Source of the DNA: a virus
Lineage: Duplodnaviria > Caudoviricetes
Virus record (IMG/VR): IMGVR_UViG_3300032235_001027
Coordinates: 1 to 56,759 of that record
DNA length: 56,759 nt
Strand: one strand, 5' to 3'
Positions 10,901 through 20,075 of this stretch are shown in pieces. The translations under genes were made by a program, and so were the position numbers. Under the pieces are notes generated by a model. That model was given only the letters and a program-made list of their open reading frames with translations. It did not search any database and had not been told where the DNA came from. The number at the start of each line of letters is the position of its first letter. Within the stretch, counting starts at the first letter, position 1.

Positions 10901-13900
10901 GCGTAAGAACGGCTGTAGAAAACTTAAATCCAACTGATCGTAGAAAAAATGGCGGCTATCTTGCTTTAATAAATCAAGTAAAAGGCATCCTTGGGGAAAT
11001 TGACGCTTCTAAAAAATCTGAAACACCCTTGACTAAAGGAAATGCTTTTCTTGATTTAATAAGTGGGGATGAAGTAAAAACTACTAAATCTCAAAAAGGT
11101 TCAGAAATTTTCTTAAAAGCAGTTAAGGATCATTTAACTAAAATGCCAGAAACTTTGTATAATGGATCTGAGGATATTGTTCCACTTGGAACTAGAAACG
11201 TTTACCTTCCAAAAGATACTCCGTTTACTGCTGCTCAAGGTTATATCCCCAATTTTGCGATAAAAGAATTGAAAAATGCACCAGTAATGACTATTGGTGA
11301 TCGAGTAAAAGGCGCAACAATAGAGCAGTTAAAAAACAGACTTGGTGGCAATGAATCATATACCACAGATTTAGCTGGAACAAAAGTTAATGAGAATTTA
11401 GACATAAATAAAATTAAAAATGATATGGCGGCTTCTATTTTAGGGCCGAATTATCATTTGCTTGGAAATGATGGCAGTCTTGATAAAGCGTATTATGCAA
11501 AGCTCATATCCGCATTCACCACTTACAAAACTGGTAAAACTAACAAAACTGCTTTTGGCCAAATGCCAGAAATTAAATCTGATGAAAATAGAGCCGTAAC
11601 TGGAGAAGTTAGCGGTTTTGCAAGAGAATTAAAATACGAAAAACTTGGACAAATATTTGATATCATTGCAAAAAATAGAAACATGCAAGATGTCTGGACT
11701 CAAATCTTTCAAACAAAAGCTGGTGCTGGTGTTCGCTCGATCAATAGTCCAGATGAACAAAGTAAAATATCAAAATTAGTTACTCAATTCAGACCAGTAG
11801 TAATTGACGAACTAACAAAAAGATTAAAGACTAAAGTATCTGCAATCATGACCACGATAGGTCGAGATGATGCAGAATTTTTAGCTTTAGGAAAAAGCGT
11901 TAATATAGATGAATATGGAAATTTGCTTTTGCCAGATAAATTAAAAGTTGATAAGCTTCAACAAGAAAAAAGATTTGTAATGCCTTTGCAAACTCCAGAA
12001 AATTTAAAAAGAGTTGGTAAATCTAAATTAGATAGAATCATATTAAAAGATCCCAAAAAACAAACAAACGAAAACAAAAGTTTTGGCACTTTTAATTCAA
12101 CTAGTTTAAAGGCATCAAATTTTCTCGATATAATTTCGCAAAGTGAATATCCGTATGGTTCTTATCAAACAACGAAGGAAGATAAATATACAGGACGATC
12201 AATTGTAAGAAACGTTGCTGGATGGAAAGGTGAAAATGGAATTGAAGCTAAATTAAATAGCTTAAATCAGGAAAATCCATTCCTTGCAAAAAAAATAAAA
12301 TCTATTTTTGCATATGATAAAAATAAAAAGAAAATGGTTATTACTAATCAAGCTGAAGCTGAAAAGCTTAAAAACGTTTTGCAAATAGTGAAAGATTTTA
12401 ATATTTCTGATTGGGATAATATTGATTTTGAAAAATCACTTCAGACTTATGCGGTTGCAAAAACTGCATCGGAAGGTTATATTCCAAACTTTTCAAGAGA
12501 AGCCATTTTAGATGCCATAGGTCGCGAACAAAGCGAATCTGGTTTGCCATTATCTGCAATTAAGGTGGTTCAAGACGCTCGCGTGCGAGGACCTCAAAAT
12601 CCAGACGGATATGCAGTAATCAATAATCGTGATGAACCAGATGGTAAAGTTCCAAACTTTGCTGCTCCGTCTAGCGGATTAGATCCAGCTGTATTAAAAG
12701 CTATAGAAGAATCTCTAAATGGATTAAAAAATTTAAAAGATTCGTCTCTAAATCTTGATGATGCCTTCAAAAGAATTGCTGACAATCTTGGAGTAAGTGG
12801 AGAAGCCGTAGTTCAAGTTTTTGATAAAATGACTTCAAGCGGAAGTGATGTCACAAGCACTAATCAAACAGCCGCAGCAAATTCAGCTCAAAATACTAAA
12901 CAAGGAAATAAAGAAGCTCAAGACAGAAAAACTACAAACGAAAAACAAAATAAAACAGTACAAGATTCTTTATATACTTTAATTAAATGGCAAAGTGCAG
13001 TTTCTTTGGCGAGTGGAGTCATAAGTTCTTTTGGGGAAAATGGTAAAGTAGCTGCTGAAGTTTTAACTGAACTTTCTTCTATTGGTTTATTATTTACGCA
13101 AGGCAAAGAAGTATTAGAGGGGTTTACGAAAGATAGAAGTTCTGGAGCTGGAAAAGCTTTGAGGCTTGGTGGCGCTGGCAGGGAGGGAGCTGCTTCACTT
13201 TCATCTTCATTATCAATAGCTGGAAACTTTGGAAGAGTTGCTAATACTGCTGGTGTTGGTGTTGGTGGGGCAATTGGGGGTATTACAGCAGGTCTAGCTG
13301 GTCCAGCAGCTGCAATTTACGCAGCATATAAAGCTACCGATGTTTTAAATACTTTATATAAAAAATATGGAGAAACTGCGGATAGAACTGCCGATGCCCT
13401 TGGAAGATTAAATGATATACAAAAAACCTATACTTTAAATTTAACTGAAGAACAAAAAGCTAAATCTGAATCTTTTGTTAGAAAAGTCGGAACTTTTGAG
13501 GCCGCAACAGCTTTTGATAGGGCGTTTAATTTTCAAAATTTAAATCCTTTAGATAAAACCAAACAAACAAAAAATGCACTTCAGTCTTTGGGTTTAGAAG
13601 GATCTGTCAATACAGGTATTCTTTCGGGTTTAAGTCAAATGGTGCAACCGCAAGCCGAAGCCGAATTTGCAACTAGAAGAAAAAATGGTGAAAAAGTTAC
13701 AACAACTGAAATAGTAGATAGAATGGTTGCAGAAAAAATAAATGAAATTGCAAAAAATACAAGCTTTACAGATAAAGGAAGAACGGCTGCTGAAGCTAGA
13801 GAATTCGCAAATAAACAAGCGTTAGATTTACAGCAAAAAAAAGGAGGCTTAAGTTCGGATGCGTATACTAAAATGAATGAAAAAATTCAAAATGAATTTG

Positions 13901-16900
13901 CAGAAGAACTCGCTTCAATTAAAATAGATTTTGATAAATTTTTTGGAAATTTGCAAAAAAGTTTCCAAGAAAATGCTAAAAAAGTTGGAGTAGATAATTT
14001 AGTAAAAACTTTTATTGCTGAATCTTTTTTAATTCCAGCTGAAACTTTAAAAGCTCAAATAAATACGTTTGGTGAGCTTCAAAAAGTTATTCTATCATAT
14101 ACTTCTGCAGAAGAGGATAATCTAGCTCTTAAAAAAGAATTGATAACAATAAATGCCCAAGAAAAAGCAAATATTGAAACTCAATTAAGATTAAAGCAAG
14201 AAGAAAGACAAACAAATGAACAATTAGGAAATGCAGCTTTTGAATTTGTGAAAAACATGCAAAATACTGCAATAACTAAATTAGGAACTTCATTGCCAGA
14301 AGATTACGCCAGCCGAAGAGCTACCGCAATGGAAAGTTTTGCAAAAAATGTATATAATCCACAAACAACTGACGAGCAAAGGTTGAAATTTGCACAAGCC
14401 GAAGTTGAGGCGATAAAATCTACAGTTAAGAGTAAAGAGCAGTTAACTAATGAACAAAAAAAATATTTAAGTTATTTAGAACAAGAAGTTATACAGCTCG
14501 ATCTTTCACAAAAAATAACTCGAAGCCAACAAGCTGCCAGACAAGATACAATTTTAAAAGAAAATCAAAGATTGGCAATTGCAACAAAAAACAGTTTTAT
14601 AGAAACAACTATAAGAGAATCTTTAACCGCAAGATTAAGTATAAATCAAAAATTATTAGATCAAGATAGGCAAAGGTTGGATATAGTTAGAAAAATAAGC
14701 GACATTCAATACGAAACCAAAACCTTGGCGACGCCAAATCAAGATCCTTCTATAAAAGAAAGATTAGATCTAGAAAGATCATTGGCTACAAGTGGGCCAA
14801 GACAAATGGAAGATTATCAAATCCAAAGGCAGTCAGCATTATTGACTGATAGATTAAATGCTTTAAATATTGCCTTTCAAAGAGGAGCAAATGCAAGCGA
14901 CGTTCAAAAAATAACAGAAGCGCAAGACTATCAATCTCTAGAACAAGCTCTTCAAACAGTTCTTGATAAAGAGGCGCAAAGCATAAATGATAGAGTCATT
15001 AAAGCTGGAGACGCATTCTTTATCAAGGCTCAAGAAGCAGGAAAGGCAGTTGGAGAAGAAATATTTAAAATACTTAATCGGGTTTCAGAAGAAGACATAC
15101 AAGATCAAATAAATATTGCAAAAGGCTCTACCTCAAAAGAAGATTATTTTGGAAGACTTCCGATTGTTACACCAGCAGCGCAAGTTGCTGCAAGTAGACT
15201 CTTTGGAGAAAAATTACCTACTGATCCTAGAACTGAATCTGGACTTCCTGCTTCCCCTGCTACTGCACGAAATGTACTTCTTGGTGGAACTCCTGTTCAA
15301 AATCCTAAAGATTTAATTAATGCACAAACAGAACAAACAATTAAACAATTAATTTTTGCACAAGAAAAAAGAGCATTAGATATAAAGTTGCAACTAACAA
15401 CTGCTGAAATCGCAAACGCTCAGAAAGCAATTGATCTTAGAAAAGAAGAAAGAGATTGGCAGCAAAAATTAAGAGATTCTGCATTTGAATTTTATCAAAC
15501 ACAGTTGAGTCCATATCAATCTGAAAAAGCAGCCGCATATAGAAATATTGAAGAAGAAAGAACAAGAGGATTGCAGGAAAATACTGACAGAATGCAAGAA
15601 AGATCATTGCAGTCCAGACAAGCTGGAGTCAAAACTTTGCAGTCTAGAGGAGCATCTCTTTCAGAAATAAATAGCTTTTTAAAAGGAGAAAAGACAGCTC
15701 CAGAAATAATCAAATCAATTGAAGACAAAAACATAGACAAAATGTATGGACTGGAAAAAGATCCATTTGCAGAACAAGTGGTAGAGGCAGCTAAGGAATT
15801 TAAGCAAATTATATTGGGTGCTGGAGCATCTTTTGTTTCAGGAAAAAAAATAGCAAGTGGCAATATTGAAGCTGGAGGTTTTAATTCAAAGGATTATTTG
15901 GGCTTTAATCCAAAAGACGAAAGTCAACAAGCGTTTCCATCTCCAATTAATGGTGCAGTAAGCAACTTAAGAAATGAAGAATTAAAAGCTTCAGTAAATA
16001 AAGCTAAATTGCAAACTTTTCAGGAAAGGCTTTCTGAATTATCTCCAGAAATTGAAAGGATAAAAAATAAACCTGTACCATTAGATGCAGCTCCAACTCC
16101 AGAAGAACAAGCAACATTAGACTATGCAGAAAATTTACAAAAATCAATAGATGAACTTACTTCCGCTTTAAAAGAAAAAGCTCAACAAGAAAAAGATAAA
16201 TTTACTGAAAAAAACGCATCTTTGTTAGTTAATGCAGAACAACCACTTCCATTTATAGATAGAAGTGGTCAAGTAAATCAACTAGCTTCAAATAGAACGA
16301 GAACAGTTAATGAAAAATTTGCGCAAGAAGAACAATTCGGAAAAGGATTTCGCTCTGGATTAAGGGATATAGATGACGAAATTACTAAATTCCAAGGAAA
16401 ACTTGGAAAACAAATTCCAACAGATTTTAGAAATGGATTAGTTGACGCAATGAGAGTTTTGTCAGATCCAAGTTCTACTGCTTCTTTAGGCGAAAGATTA
16501 ATGGGTGTAGCAACTGCATTTGTTAATAAAATAAATGAAGCATTAATGACAAAAGCTGCAAATCAGTTTACTACGGGACTTTTTGGAAATGGACAACCTG
16601 GAACTGGTCTTGCTGGAGCACTTGGTTTTGCTTCTGGAGGCGAAATTGAAGGCGGTTCTGGAGTTAAAGATGATGTGCCAGCAATGCTAATGGGTGGTGA
16701 ATATGTTATTAGAAAAGATGTTGTAAATAAATATGGAAAAAGTTTTTTTGAAAAACTTAATTCTGGAAAATTAAAAGGCTTTGCAAGTGGTGGACCAGTT
16801 ATGCCATACGGAATGCAAGAGACTGATTTGAATGATTTAATCAGAAATCCAAACAAATATACTGCTTATGGCGAAAATAGAATGGCTGGTCTTTCATTTG

Positions 16901-18252
16901 ACCAAAGCGGAAAAGTAACTGGCATTGACAACTATCAAGGAAAGGAAGAAGATAAGCAGGATGCATTACTAAAAGCTCAAACAAATTTTTATAGTCAAAA
17001 CCAACAGACTGGACAAAATGGTTTCTTTGCACCTGGAAGCTATGGACAAGGAGCAATAATTGGACAGAAAAATTTACTTTCATTTGCGACACAAGAAACA
17101 GTAGGCACTCAATATGATAAAATGTCATCATCTGGTAGTTCAGCTTCAATTGATATTGCTGGAGGAAGTGGAAATCTTTCATTATTTGCTCTTCGTGATC
17201 AAGGCAACGTAAGAAATGCTCAGTATTTAGAATCCAAAAACAAAGCTTTAGATTTATATTTCCAAGACTATCAGACTTCTAAAGATAAAATAAGAATGGA
17301 TTTTGAAAATGAAAAAGAATACAAGAGGCAAATGGAAGAGTGGGAAAAGGCTAAAAAAGAAGCTAAAAAGCAAGCTCAAAAAGCATTGATTACACAATTA
17401 GCTACAACAGCTATAATGGCTGGCGTTAGTTACGCTGGAAGCGCGATGTCTAAGGGAGTGAGTGCGACTAAACAAGCGGCAGCTTTACAAGGAAAAACTG
17501 CAACATTTGGGGAAAAATTTAAAGGAGCATTTACTGGAGGATCTTTTGGTGGCGAAAGCAGAGGTGGATTGGCAAATATTTTTAACAGTTCTGCAACAAA
17601 AGACTTTTCAACAATTGGAGCTGGAGCTTTAGGAAAGCAAGGCGGTGGATTATATAGTTGGAACAATAAGACAAATTCATATTCAATGATGAATATGGAT
17701 ACTTATAATACCCAATTTCCATTAGGAGCATCTTATGATAAACTAGGAACTCCTACCGCATTAACTTCTGGAACTTATTTTGATTCATTTTACGGAAGAA
17801 ATAGGTCTGTATATAATGGTAAAACTGTACCAATGGCAATCCCAATGGCAATACCAGTAGCTAGAAGGGCTGCTGGTGGTTATGTAGCTGGTAACGGAAT
17901 GGGTGATAATGTGCCAGCAATGTTGAATGGTGGAGAGTTTGTAGTCTCTAAAGAAGCTGCACAGAAAACTGGATATGGAGCTTTGCAAAAATTAAATTCA
18001 ACTGGTGCAACTGGTGGAGATTCTGGTGAAATGACATCTAGAATAGAAGCTAAATTGGAAGAATTAGTTGAAAAAATAGCTGGCGTTGGAACAATTAATA
18101 TATCAGTAAATTCAGATGGAAAAGGTGGCGAAAAAGAAAGCCAAAGCGATTCTAAACAAGATCAACAAAATAAAGAATTAGCAAGAAGAATTAAAGAAGT
18201 TGTTTTATCAGTTCTAAGAGACGAGAAGAGATTGGGAGGCATGTTAAGATAA
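7981..18252 (+). CDS. Tape measure protein with inserted cassettes
   Basis: 3423 aa. N-terminal TP901-type tape measure core (ATLEFARQG...AGVSFDELTALIT...GAVIGNALKTIF), long helical/coiled-coil segments, C-terminal FASGG...DDVPAMLxGGEYV motifs. Confidence 0.9.
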   Translation: MAEDIRLSVGADTTQMESQIANAAKKAAVVIRPTIDSKGLEKISAPLGRITGQADEFSKSMEAANARVLAFGASVGVLNAVAKSFQNIVTASTQVEASLKEIQVATGETSGNLERLGKGIFEVARSTGLSFKQASEATLEFARQGGTLEDSLMKAKAALVLTRTTGLDAAEAVKGLTAAVLSFNQVGLDYETVVNKLAAVDTKFAVSSRDLIEGISRSASVAQEAGVSFDELTALITTLQEKTARGGAVIGNALKTIFQRVQTTENLDYIRNLGIAVNDVSGDILPATTIIKKLADEFQNLDSATRKGLLIKIGGGFQIDKLAALLNDISNANGTFNRSLEQSTNAGNEGFKKLDELNKTVQASFDRLTTSGTQFAATIGKVAFSDDFRSILNKTSSFLESLNESISGGEEGGATIGKAIVKGIGSVITGPGALLIAGLGIKLFGDLAKFGVDSLKNQLGVTNVKKEQQDIEKSILGLLLQNTAVQTKIVSLEGNKTAQAEYLLGLYSKQAATLEKMSKLSKEVGPSVYEGGIRLTTEGTKNVKAKTAAGGYMSKEVAKKMEMQEAPAGASIKEISNFNFGPTEGRGTMIVNSMESVYKTPMGDFVVPSYSKTRTGKPTLFSASGYVPNFADVQKSLDIDANAYSFAGLTIGGTGLKTVRGKQLSPQLLSEVKDPALIEALSKYSKLNFKNVSVGNIYRRRDQNLDSLEASEEDIKNHFLKKANEALSPQIGTFIKDELSSLGIKPTATMQLMMNRGKKFDFVNDSMAGTFFETMLKMANMSAEDENFGQFFNDSNSRFDIYGLKPDIAEQYGLPKKFWEYVEIKSSEKALNDELGTKFIQQLSQPGGEALKAKLLNQSASIPKQNAKTASKGYIPNFSEGGFAYEKTAKALRLKDKEDKVDSNKKAVDIFKGEIKPIRQNKTIKEYTKQAQETVSSIVKKLGKTTGKEIDDTKLNTTLKEFEKKGIDPVKIKSVRTAVENLNPTDRRKNGGYLALINQVKGILGEIDASKKSETPLTKGNAFLDLISGDEVKTTKSQKGSEIFLKAVKDHLTKMPETLYNGSEDIVPLGTRNVYLPKDTPFTAAQGYIPNFAIKELKNAPVMTIGDRVKGATIEQLKNRLGGNESYTTDLAGTKVNENLDINKIKNDMAASILGPNYHLLGNDGSLDKAYYAKLISAFTTYKTGKTNKTAFGQMPEIKSDENRAVTGEVSGFARELKYEKLGQIFDIIAKNRNMQDVWTQIFQTKAGAGVRSINSPDEQSKISKLVTQFRPVVIDELTKRLKTKVSAIMTTIGRDDAEFLALGKSVNIDEYGNLLLPDKLKVDKLQQEKRFVMPLQTPENLKRVGKSKLDRIILKDPKKQTNENKSFGTFNSTSLKASNFLDIISQSEYPYGSYQTTKEDKYTGRSIVRNVAGWKGENGIEAKLNSLNQENPFLAKKIKSIFAYDKNKKKMVITNQAEAEKLKNVLQIVKDFNISDWDNIDFEKSLQTYAVAKTASEGYIPNFSREAILDAIGREQSESGLPLSAIKVVQDARVRGPQNPDGYAVINNRDEPDGKVPNFAAPSSGLDPAVLKAIEESLNGLKNLKDSSLNLDDAFKRIADNLGVSGEAVVQVFDKMTSSGSDVTSTNQTAAANSAQNTKQGNKEAQDRKTTNEKQNKTVQDSLYTLIKWQSAVSLASGVISSFGENGKVAAEVLTELSSIGLLFTQGKEVLEGFTKDRSSGAGKALRLGGAGREGAASLSSSLSIAGNFGRVANTAGVGVGGAIGGITAGLAGPAAAIYAAYKATDVLNTLYKKYGETADRTADALGRLNDIQKTYTLNLTEEQKAKSESFVRKVGTFEAATAFDRAFNFQNLNPLDKTKQTKNALQSLGLEGSVNTGILSGLSQMVQPQAEAEFATRRKNGEKVTTTEIVDRMVAEKINEIAKNTSFTDKGRTAAEAREFANKQALDLQQKKGGLSSDAYTKMNEKIQNEFAEELASIKIDFDKFFGNLQKSFQENAKKVGVDNLVKTFIAESFLIPAETLKAQINTFGELQKVILSYTSAEEDNLALKKELITINAQEKANIETQLRLKQEERQTNEQLGNAAFEFVKNMQNTAITKLGTSLPEDYASRRATAMESFAKNVYNPQTTDEQRLKFAQAEVEAIKSTVKSKEQLTNEQKKYLSYLEQEVIQLDLSQKITRSQQAARQDTILKENQRLAIATKNSFIETTIRESLTARLSINQKLLDQDRQRLDIVRKISDIQYETKTLATPNQDPSIKERLDLERSLATSGPRQMEDYQIQRQSALLTDRLNALNIAFQRGANASDVQKITEAQDYQSLEQALQTVLDKEAQSINDRVIKAGDAFFIKAQEAGKAVGEEIFKILNRVSEEDIQDQINIAKGSTSKEDYFGRLPIVTPAAQVAASRLFGEKLPTDPRTESGLPASPATARNVLLGGTPVQNPKDLINAQTEQTIKQLIFAQEKRALDIKLQLTTAEIANAQKAIDLRKEERDWQQKLRDSAFEFYQTQLSPYQSEKAAAYRNIEEERTRGLQENTDRMQERSLQSRQAGVKTLQSRGASLSEINSFLKGEKTAPEIIKSIEDKNIDKMYGLEKDPFAEQVVEAAKEFKQIILGAGASFVSGKKIASGNIEAGGFNSKDYLGFNPKDESQQAFPSPINGAVSNLRNEELKASVNKAKLQTFQERLSELSPEIERIKNKPVPLDAAPTPEEQATLDYAENLQKSIDELTSALKEKAQQEKDKFTEKNASLLVNAEQPLPFIDRSGQVNQLASNRTRTVNEKFAQEEQFGKGFRSGLRDIDDEITKFQGKLGKQIPTDFRNGLVDAMRVLSDPSSTASLGERLMGVATAFVNKINEALMTKAANQFTTGLFGNGQPGTGLAGALGFASGGEIEGGSGVKDDVPAMLMGGEYVIRKDVVNKYGKSFFEKLNSGKLKGFASGGPVMPYGMQETDLNDLIRNPNKYTAYGENRMAGLSFDQSGKVTGIDNYQGKEEDKQDALLKAQTNFYSQNQQTGQNGFFAPGSYGQGAIIGQKNLLSFATQETVGTQYDKMSSSGSSASIDIAGGSGNLSLFALRDQGNVRNAQYLESKNKALDLYFQDYQTSKDKIRMDFENEKEYKRQMEEWEKAKKEAKKQAQKALITQLATTAIMAGVSYAGSAMSKGVSATKQAAALQGKTATFGEKFKGAFTGGSFGGESRGGLANIFNSSATKDFSTIGAGALGKQGGGLYSWNNKTNSYSMMNMDTYNTQFPLGASYDKLGTPTALTSGTYFDSFYGRNRSVYNGKTVPMAIPMAIPVARRAAGGYVAGNGMGDNVPAMLNGGEFVVSKEAAQKTGYGALQKLNSTGATGGDSGEMTSRIEAKLEELVEKIAGVGTINISVNSDGKGGEKESQSDSKQDQQNKELARRIKEVVLSVLRDEKRLGGMLR

Positions 18253-19067
18253 TGATAGATCCATCTGCATATAAATTGTATTACTTGTCTGGAAGTGCGG
18301 GAGATTCTTTTTTTGAACTAGATGGAATTAATAATCTAAGTGTTCAGAAAAATTTATCTTACGATAATCATTTTTCATTAGGTGGCGCGGACGCTGCATA
18401 TAGTGTGAATGCTCCAGAAGAAGTTGAGATTTCATTCGATAGAAGCTTCATAAATTATGATGCTATTTTTGATTATACTGGTCTAAATCCAATCAGGGAA
18501 TTCAGAATATATAATGGTGGTAAATTTTTTTCTATAAGAAATCTATATCTTAAAAGTTACTCAGCAACTTTCTCAGTTGGTGAACTGCCAAAAATAAGTA
18601 CAAATTTTTCATCTTATGGTTCGGAATTAAAGCAAATTGATTTTTTTGATGGCGGTTCAATTAGCTCAACTCAATTAGATATTCCTAAATTAAACTCAAT
18701 AAGTATATCTGGACTTTATGATCAAGATTTGAAAGAAAAATATAACATATATAGCTTTAGTTACAATCTAACAATAAATAGACAACCTTATTATTCAGTG
18801 GGCCAAAAAGAACCTACTGAAGTTTGCCCTATTTTGCCATTACAAATTCAAGCTTCAATTAATTCAAAAATACCAAATAATTTAAAAGATATAAATATTG
18901 CAAATAATCAAGATGGATTTAGAGACTTTGATATTATTGTATCTGGATCTTCTTCGCTATTTAAGTTGCCAATGAGAAAATCTAAATTGGTTTCTTCTAA
19001 TATTTCAATGAATAGTTCAACTACCATTGAATTAAAAAATGACTTTTTAGGATATTATGGCTTATAA
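18252..19067 (+). CDS. Tail-tube-fold paralog (tail tip/distal tail)
   Basis: NLYLKSYSATFSVGELPKIS matches tube NGYLSNYTFNVSVGNLPTAS. Confidence 0.55.
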   Translation: MIDPSAYKLYYLSGSAGDSFFELDGINNLSVQKNLSYDNHFSLGGADAAYSVNAPEEVEISFDRSFINYDAIFDYTGLNPIREFRIYNGGKFFSIRNLYLKSYSATFSVGELPKISTNFSSYGSELKQIDFFDGGSISSTQLDIPKLNSISISGLYDQDLKEKYNIYSFSYNLTINRQPYYSVGQKEPTEVCPILPLQIQASINSKIPNNLKDINIANNQDGFRDFDIIVSGSSSLFKLPMRKSKLVSSNISMNSSTTIELKNDFLGYYGL

Positions 19068-20073
19068 TAATCCATTTCTGTATAATAGAGACTCGTCTTT
19101 CAGGGATTCATATTCCTATGTTAATGACTTGAGCATATATAAACCAATATATGGATCAAGCGTTTCTTTTACTTCTAGATTAAATTTTTTAGAAACTGTT
19201 GATAATTCGCTTAAGATTTTACCTTCTTCGGAAAATAATATTTCAATAAATTACTCTTTTAAATTTTTATTGAATGACGAAGATGCTGGGAATTTATTAA
19301 AAACAGTTGAAATTGCTGGAGGATATAAGCACATAAAATTTCATGATCCATCCGATCTTTATAAAGATATAATAGGAGTTGTTGAAGCTTATTCAGTTTC
19401 TAAAAATTCTGGAGGTAGCAATTTAAATGAAGTAAATGTATCTTTATTGTCTTATATAAAAGCTCCACTTTTAAATTGGAGAACTAGCTCAATTTTAAAC
19501 AATACAAGTTCTACTGCTACGTTATTCAACTCAGCAAATTCTTACAAAAGGCATGAATTTGTTTACATTGATCCAGAAATAGTTCCATTGGCAAAAAATT
19601 TTACTAATAGTAAGATTGATAATTTTTGGTTTGCAAAAAATGATATAGCTGTTAATACAGCTTTTTCTTTGGAAAATTGGAGCAAAAATTTCACACATGA
19701 TTACAAATTGCCATTTGAACTTTCGAACCAATTAGATTTTTATAAAATGGATTTTAAAAATTCATTTATACAAACCATAAAGCACAAAAATAATTCAAAC
19801 GCATTAAAAAGAACATCTTTAAAATTTGATAATATAGACGATATTGAGTGCAGATCTATTTTATTTTTCTTGGAAAAGAAATGTGGATATAGAAGATTTA
19901 TTTATGAGTATCCAATTTTTTTAAAGGCAAACAAAGTTTTCATTTGCACTAAATGGACACATACCTTTAAGTATCAAAACTGTCATTCCATAGACATGGA
20001 AATCATAGAAGAACCAAATCCAAATATATTTATTGATAATGTAAATGGAAATGATTATTATTATATAGTATAA
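19057..20073 (+). CDS. Minor tail/distal tail protein (two lambda gpM-like halves)
   Basis: Internal duplication: FKF..DEDAGNLLKTVEIAGGYKHIKFHDP vs LKF..DDIECRSILFFLEKKCGYRRFIYEYP. Confidence 0.55.
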   Translation: MAYNNPFLYNRDSSFRDSYSYVNDLSIYKPIYGSSVSFTSRLNFLETVDNSLKILPSSENNISINYSFKFLLNDEDAGNLLKTVEIAGGYKHIKFHDPSDLYKDIIGVVEAYSVSKNSGGSNLNEVNVSLLSYIKAPLLNWRTSSILNNTSSTATLFNSANSYKRHEFVYIDPEIVPLAKNFTNSKIDNFWFAKNDIAVNTAFSLENWSKNFTHDYKLPFELSNQLDFYKMDFKNSFIQTIKHKNNSNALKRTSLKFDNIDDIECRSILFFLEKKCGYRRFIYEYPIFLKANKVFICTKWTHTFKYQNCHSIDMEIIEEPNPNIFIDNVNGNDYYYIV

Positions 20074-20075
20074 AT

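Noticed and set aside
17830-17856. 12-nt duplication encoding PMAIPMAIP
   Set aside because: A trivial local slippage duplication in a linker.
9099-17988. Short antisense and out-of-frame ORFs within the tape measure gene, and similar ones over other genes
   Set aside because: Shadow ORFs of long genes with no motifs or expression signals.
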